The notes below the pieces were generated by a model. It saw only the letters and a program-made list of their open reading frames with translations. It made no database searches and had not been told where the DNA came from. From contig CATNEN010000039.1 of the NCBI GenBank assembly GCA_950097015.1, forward strand, positions 14,570,001-14,634,000: 64,000 nt of DNA, given 5' to 3'. Shown here piece after piece: positions 60,701 through 64,000 of this stretch. The position numbers were made by a program, and so were the translations under genes. The stretch is from Macrostomum hystrix (Eukaryota; Animalia; Platyhelminthes). The stretch's first letter is position 1. Each line of letters begins with the position of its first letter.

Positions 60701-63277
60701 CACTGTGGTGGGTGAGGGAGTGGATGCTGGAAACACTGCTCGGTGAGGGGTGGATGCTGGAAACACTGGTGGGTGAGGGGGTGGATGCTGGAAAAAATGG
60801 TGGGTGAGGGGGTGGATGCTGGAAACACTGGTGGGTGAGGGGGTGGATGCTGGAAACACTGGTGGGTGAGGGGGTGGATGCTGGAAACACTGGTGGGTGA
60901 GGGGGTGGATGCTGGAAACACTGGTGGGTGAGGGGGTGGATGCTGGAAACACTGGTGGGTGAGGGGGTGGATGCTGGAAAAACTGTGGCGGGTGAGGGGG
61001 TGGATGCTGGAAAAACTGTGGCGGGTGAGGGGGTGGATGCTGGAAACACTGTGGCGGGTGAGGGGGTGGATGCTGGAAAAACTGTGGCGGGTGAGGGGGT
61101 GGATGCTGGAAACACTGGTGGGTGAGGGGGCGGATGCTGGAAACACTGTGGTGGGTGAGGGGGTGGATGCTGGAAACACTGCTCGGTGAGGGGTGGATGC
61201 TGGAAACACTGGTGGGTGAGGGGGTGGATGCTGGAAACACTGGTGGGTGAGGGGGTGGATGCTGGAAACACTGCTGGCTGAGAGGGCGCGAAGATTTTTA
61301 TTAAAAACACTTAGCCCTACTGTAAGTAGCCAGCTGCACATATTTATATAGGCATTTTTTAACTTTCCAAAAAAATTGCCAGCTGCTGAAGCCGGCTCAG
61401 GTGACGCCGCTGACCTCGTTGAAGTTCTGCGAGCTGGTGGCACGCGCCGGCTTTCCACCTGGTGTTGTTAACGTCCTGCCCGGACCTGGAGCCGCCGTCG
61501 GCCAGGCCATCGCCGAGCACGCGGAGGTGCGCAAGCTCGGCTTCACTGGCTCCACGCCTGTTGGCCGCACAATCATGGCCGCCTGCAGCACCAACGTGAA
61601 AAAGTGCAGCCTGGAGCTTGGCGGCAAGAGTCCGCTGATTATCTTCGCCGACTGCGACTTCGCCAAGGCTGTCAAAATGGCCTGCAACGGTGTGTTCTTC
61701 AACAAAGGCGAGAACTGCATTGCCGCTGGCCGATTGTTTGTTGAGGCATCGATTCACGACCGCTTTGTGGAGGCTGTCAAGGTTGAGGTCAGTGTTACAG
61801 CAGGCCCTGTGATGTTGGTCCGCCAACAATCCCTTCTCTCCCCACAGACCCTGTGATTGGTCCGCCAACAATCCCTTCTCTCCCCACAGACCCTGTGATT
61901 GGTCCGCCAACAATCCCTTCTCTCCTCACAGGCCCTTTTTATTGGTCAGTCAGCAATCCCTTATCTCAACACAGGCCTTTTGATTGGCAAGCTTACAACC
62001 CCTTCTCTCAATCAAAGACCCTGTTATTGGCCAAACCACAAGACTTGATCTCAGCCAGGCCCTTTGATTGGCCAGCCCACAACCCGTTCTCTTACCACAG
62101 GCCCTGTGATTGGCCAGCCCACAACACGTTCTCTTACCACAGGCCCAGTGATTGGCCAGCCCACAGGCCACAACCCGTTCTCTTAACATTGGCCAGCCCA
62201 CAACCTGTTCTCTTAACACAGGCCCTGTGATTGGCCAGCCCACAACACGTTCTCTTACCACAGGCCCAGTGATTGGCCAGCCCACAGGCCACAACCCGTT
62301 CTCTTAACATTGGCCAGCCCACAACCTGTTCTCTTACCACAGGCCCTGTGATTGGCCAGCCCACAACCTGTTCTCTTAACACAGGCCCTGTGATTGGCCA
62401 GCCCACAACCTGTTCTCTTAACACAGGCCCTGTGATTGGCCAGCCCACAACCTGTTCTCTTAACACAGGCCCTGTGATTGGCCAGCCCACAACACGTTCT
62501 CTTACCACAGGCCCAGTGATTGGCCAGCCCACAGGCCACAACCCGTTCTCTTAACATTGGCCAGCCCACAACCTGTTCTCTTACCACAGGCCCTGTGATT
62601 GGCCAGCCCACAACCTGTTCTCTTAACACAGGCCCTGTGATTGGCCAGCCCACAACCTGTTCTCTTAACACAGGCCCTGTGATTGGCCAGCCCACAACCT
62701 GTTCTCTTACCACAAGCCCTGTGATTGGCCAGCCCACAACCTGTTCTCTTAACACAGGCCCTGTGATTGGCCAGCCCACAACCTGTTCTCTCACCCCTCC
62801 TTGGTCTTCAGATCGCCAAGATGCGCATCGGAGACCCGCTAGACCGGGCCACGGACCACGGTCCGCAGAACCACAGGGCCCACCTGGACAAGCTGCTCGA
62901 GTACTGCCAGCGCGGAGTGGCCGAAGGCGCCCGACTTGTCTGCGGAGGTCGCCGAGTCCCTGATAAGCGCGGCTTCTTCATGGAGCCGACGCTATTCACC
63001 GGTGTGCAGGACCACATGCACATTGCCCTTGAGGAGAGCTTCGGCCCAGTCATGATCGTGTCCGACTTTCCCGATGGCGATCTTGACGGCGTCCTCAGCC
63101 GGGCCAACGCCACCGAGTACGGCCTGGCCTCCGGTGTGTTCACCCGCGACATCACCAAGGCGATGCGGGTCTCCGAGCGCATCCACGCTGGCACGGTGTT
63201 TGTCAACACTTACAACAAGACGGACGTGGCTGCTCCATTTGGCGGCTTCAAACAGTCCGGCTTTGGCAAAGATCTCG
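54765..63277 (+). CDS. ALDH1L1: 10-formyltetrahydrofolate dehydrogenase (ALDH1L family, probably the cytosolic form); last exon lies beyond the window
   Basis: Exons 54765-54891, 55015-55079, 55217-55386, 55508-55673, 57638-58078, 58207-58626, 59401-59838, 61383-61787, 62812-63277. [33 protein letters not shown] (hydrolase), GAGSMDV (carrier-domain Ser), [45 protein letters not shown]. Confidence 0.96.
56700..57595. repeat. 35-bp intronic minisatellite
   Basis: (CAGCAGCTGACAGACA[A/C]TGAGGTGTT[A/G]GGGTG[G/A]G[T/C])n, about 25 units. Confidence 0.96.
58640..58855 (+). mobile_element. SINE family A, rearranged or nested copy
   Basis: Blocks appear in the order A-C-A'-B rather than A-B-C. Confidence 0.65.
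59000..59270. repeat. 34-bp intronic minisatellite
   Basis: (CCAGATCCTCTATTTGGGATCGCGGAAATCCAGT)n. Confidence 0.93.
59824..61275 (+). repeat. 33-bp (30/31-bp variants) G-rich minisatellite derived from the ALDH1L exon 7/intron 7 junction
   Basis: Unit GCTGGAAACACTGTG|GTGGGTGAGGGGGTGGAT; the first unit is the genuine splice junction. Confidence 0.95.
61800..62790. repeat. 42-bp intronic minisatellite with a CTGTGATTGG core
   Basis: (ACAGGCCCTGTGATTGGCCAGCCCACAACCTGTTCTCTTAAC)n. Confidence 0.95.
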
Positions 63278-63389
63278 GTCAGTCATCCTTCAACTGAACT
63301 GGTTGAATGAGTTGAATAATTTCAGTTTGCTTCATTGTCTTATCAGATTGTCTGCAGGTCATTCGTGTCTTCCCTAATAGCTCGTAATA

Positions 63390-63470
63390 AGCTATTGCGC
63401 GGCGCATCTGAAGGCTAAGATGTTCAGTATGGAATGTTCGGCTGTTCAGTCCATGGACTGTAGGGACGCC
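63390..63470 (-). mobile_element. SINE family B 3' fragment
   Basis: GCTATTGCGCGGCGCATCTGAAGGCT..GTTCAGTCCATGGACT shared with 15597 and 18884. Confidence 0.65.
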
Positions 63471-63484
63471 GCAAACACACATGT

Positions 63485-64000
63485 TGTTTCGTCACAGTGA
63501 GAGGTCATTTGTTGTATCGTCATCGTGAGAGGTCTTTTGTTGTATCGTCATCGTGAGAGGTCTTTTTTGTATCGTCATCGTGAGAGGTCTTTTGTTGAAT
63601 CGTCATCGTGACAGGTCTTTTGTTGAATCGTCATCGTGACAGGTCTTTTGTTGAATCGTCATCGTGAGAGGTCTTTTGTTGAATCGTCATCGTGAGAGGT
63701 CTTTTGTTGAATCGTCATCGTGACAGGTCTTTTGTTGAATCGTCATCGTGAGAGGTCTTTTGTTGAATCGTCATCGTGAGAGGTCTTTTGTTGTATCGTC
63801 ATCGTGACAGGTCTTTTGTTGAATCGTCATCGTGACAGGTCTTTTGTTGTATCGTCATCGTGAGAGGTCTTTTGTTGAATCGTCATCGTGAGAGGTCTTT
63901 TGTTGAATCGTCATCGTGACAGGTCTTTTGTTGAATCGTCATCGTGAGAGGTCTTTTGTTGAATCGTCATCGTGAGAGGTCTTTTGTTGTATCGTCATCG
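63485..64000. repeat. 28-bp intronic minisatellite running off the window
   Basis: (TCGTCATCGTGAGAGGTCTTTTGTTGAA)n. Confidence 0.96.

Overview
Eukaryotic, invertebrate metazoan genomic DNA with spliceosomal GT-AG introns. The very dense minisatellites and the PAN-lectin gene families are most reminiscent of the flatworm Macrostomum (inference only). Most long ORFs in the supplied track are artefacts of tandem repeats. Hand-assembled genes with consistent splice phases: a TP53I11/PIG11 homologue (-, 5367-7323); a secreted PAN/Apple + fibrinogen-domain protein (+, 16019-17817); an orphan secreted protein (+, 18691-19998); a fibrinogen-domain pseudogene (-); a disrupted PAN gene (-) and an intact PAN + F-type lectin gene (+, 26441-27254) linked by a near-identical 0.68-kb inverted duplication; CCT4 (-, 33773-40174), hosting three U25/snR56-like C/D snoRNAs; a conserved uncharacterised gene (-, 41800-~43930); TTC12 (-, 46329-53410); and, head-to-head with it, ALDH1L 10-formyl-THF dehydrogenase (+, 54765 onwards, last exon beyond the window). 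Mobile DNA includes an internally deleted Tc1 element, a mariner DD34D remnant fused to a Gypsy 3' end and LTR, MITE/foldback elements, LINE remnants and two tRNA-derived SINE families. Highlights: (1) minisatellites whose unit is a copy of an authentic exon/intron donor junction (ALDH1L about 44 copies, TP53I11 3 copies); (2) a triplicated intronic snoRNA set with two snoRNAs in one intron; (3) a modular cluster of phase-1 PAN exons paired with different lectin domains, surrounding an orphan secreted protein.
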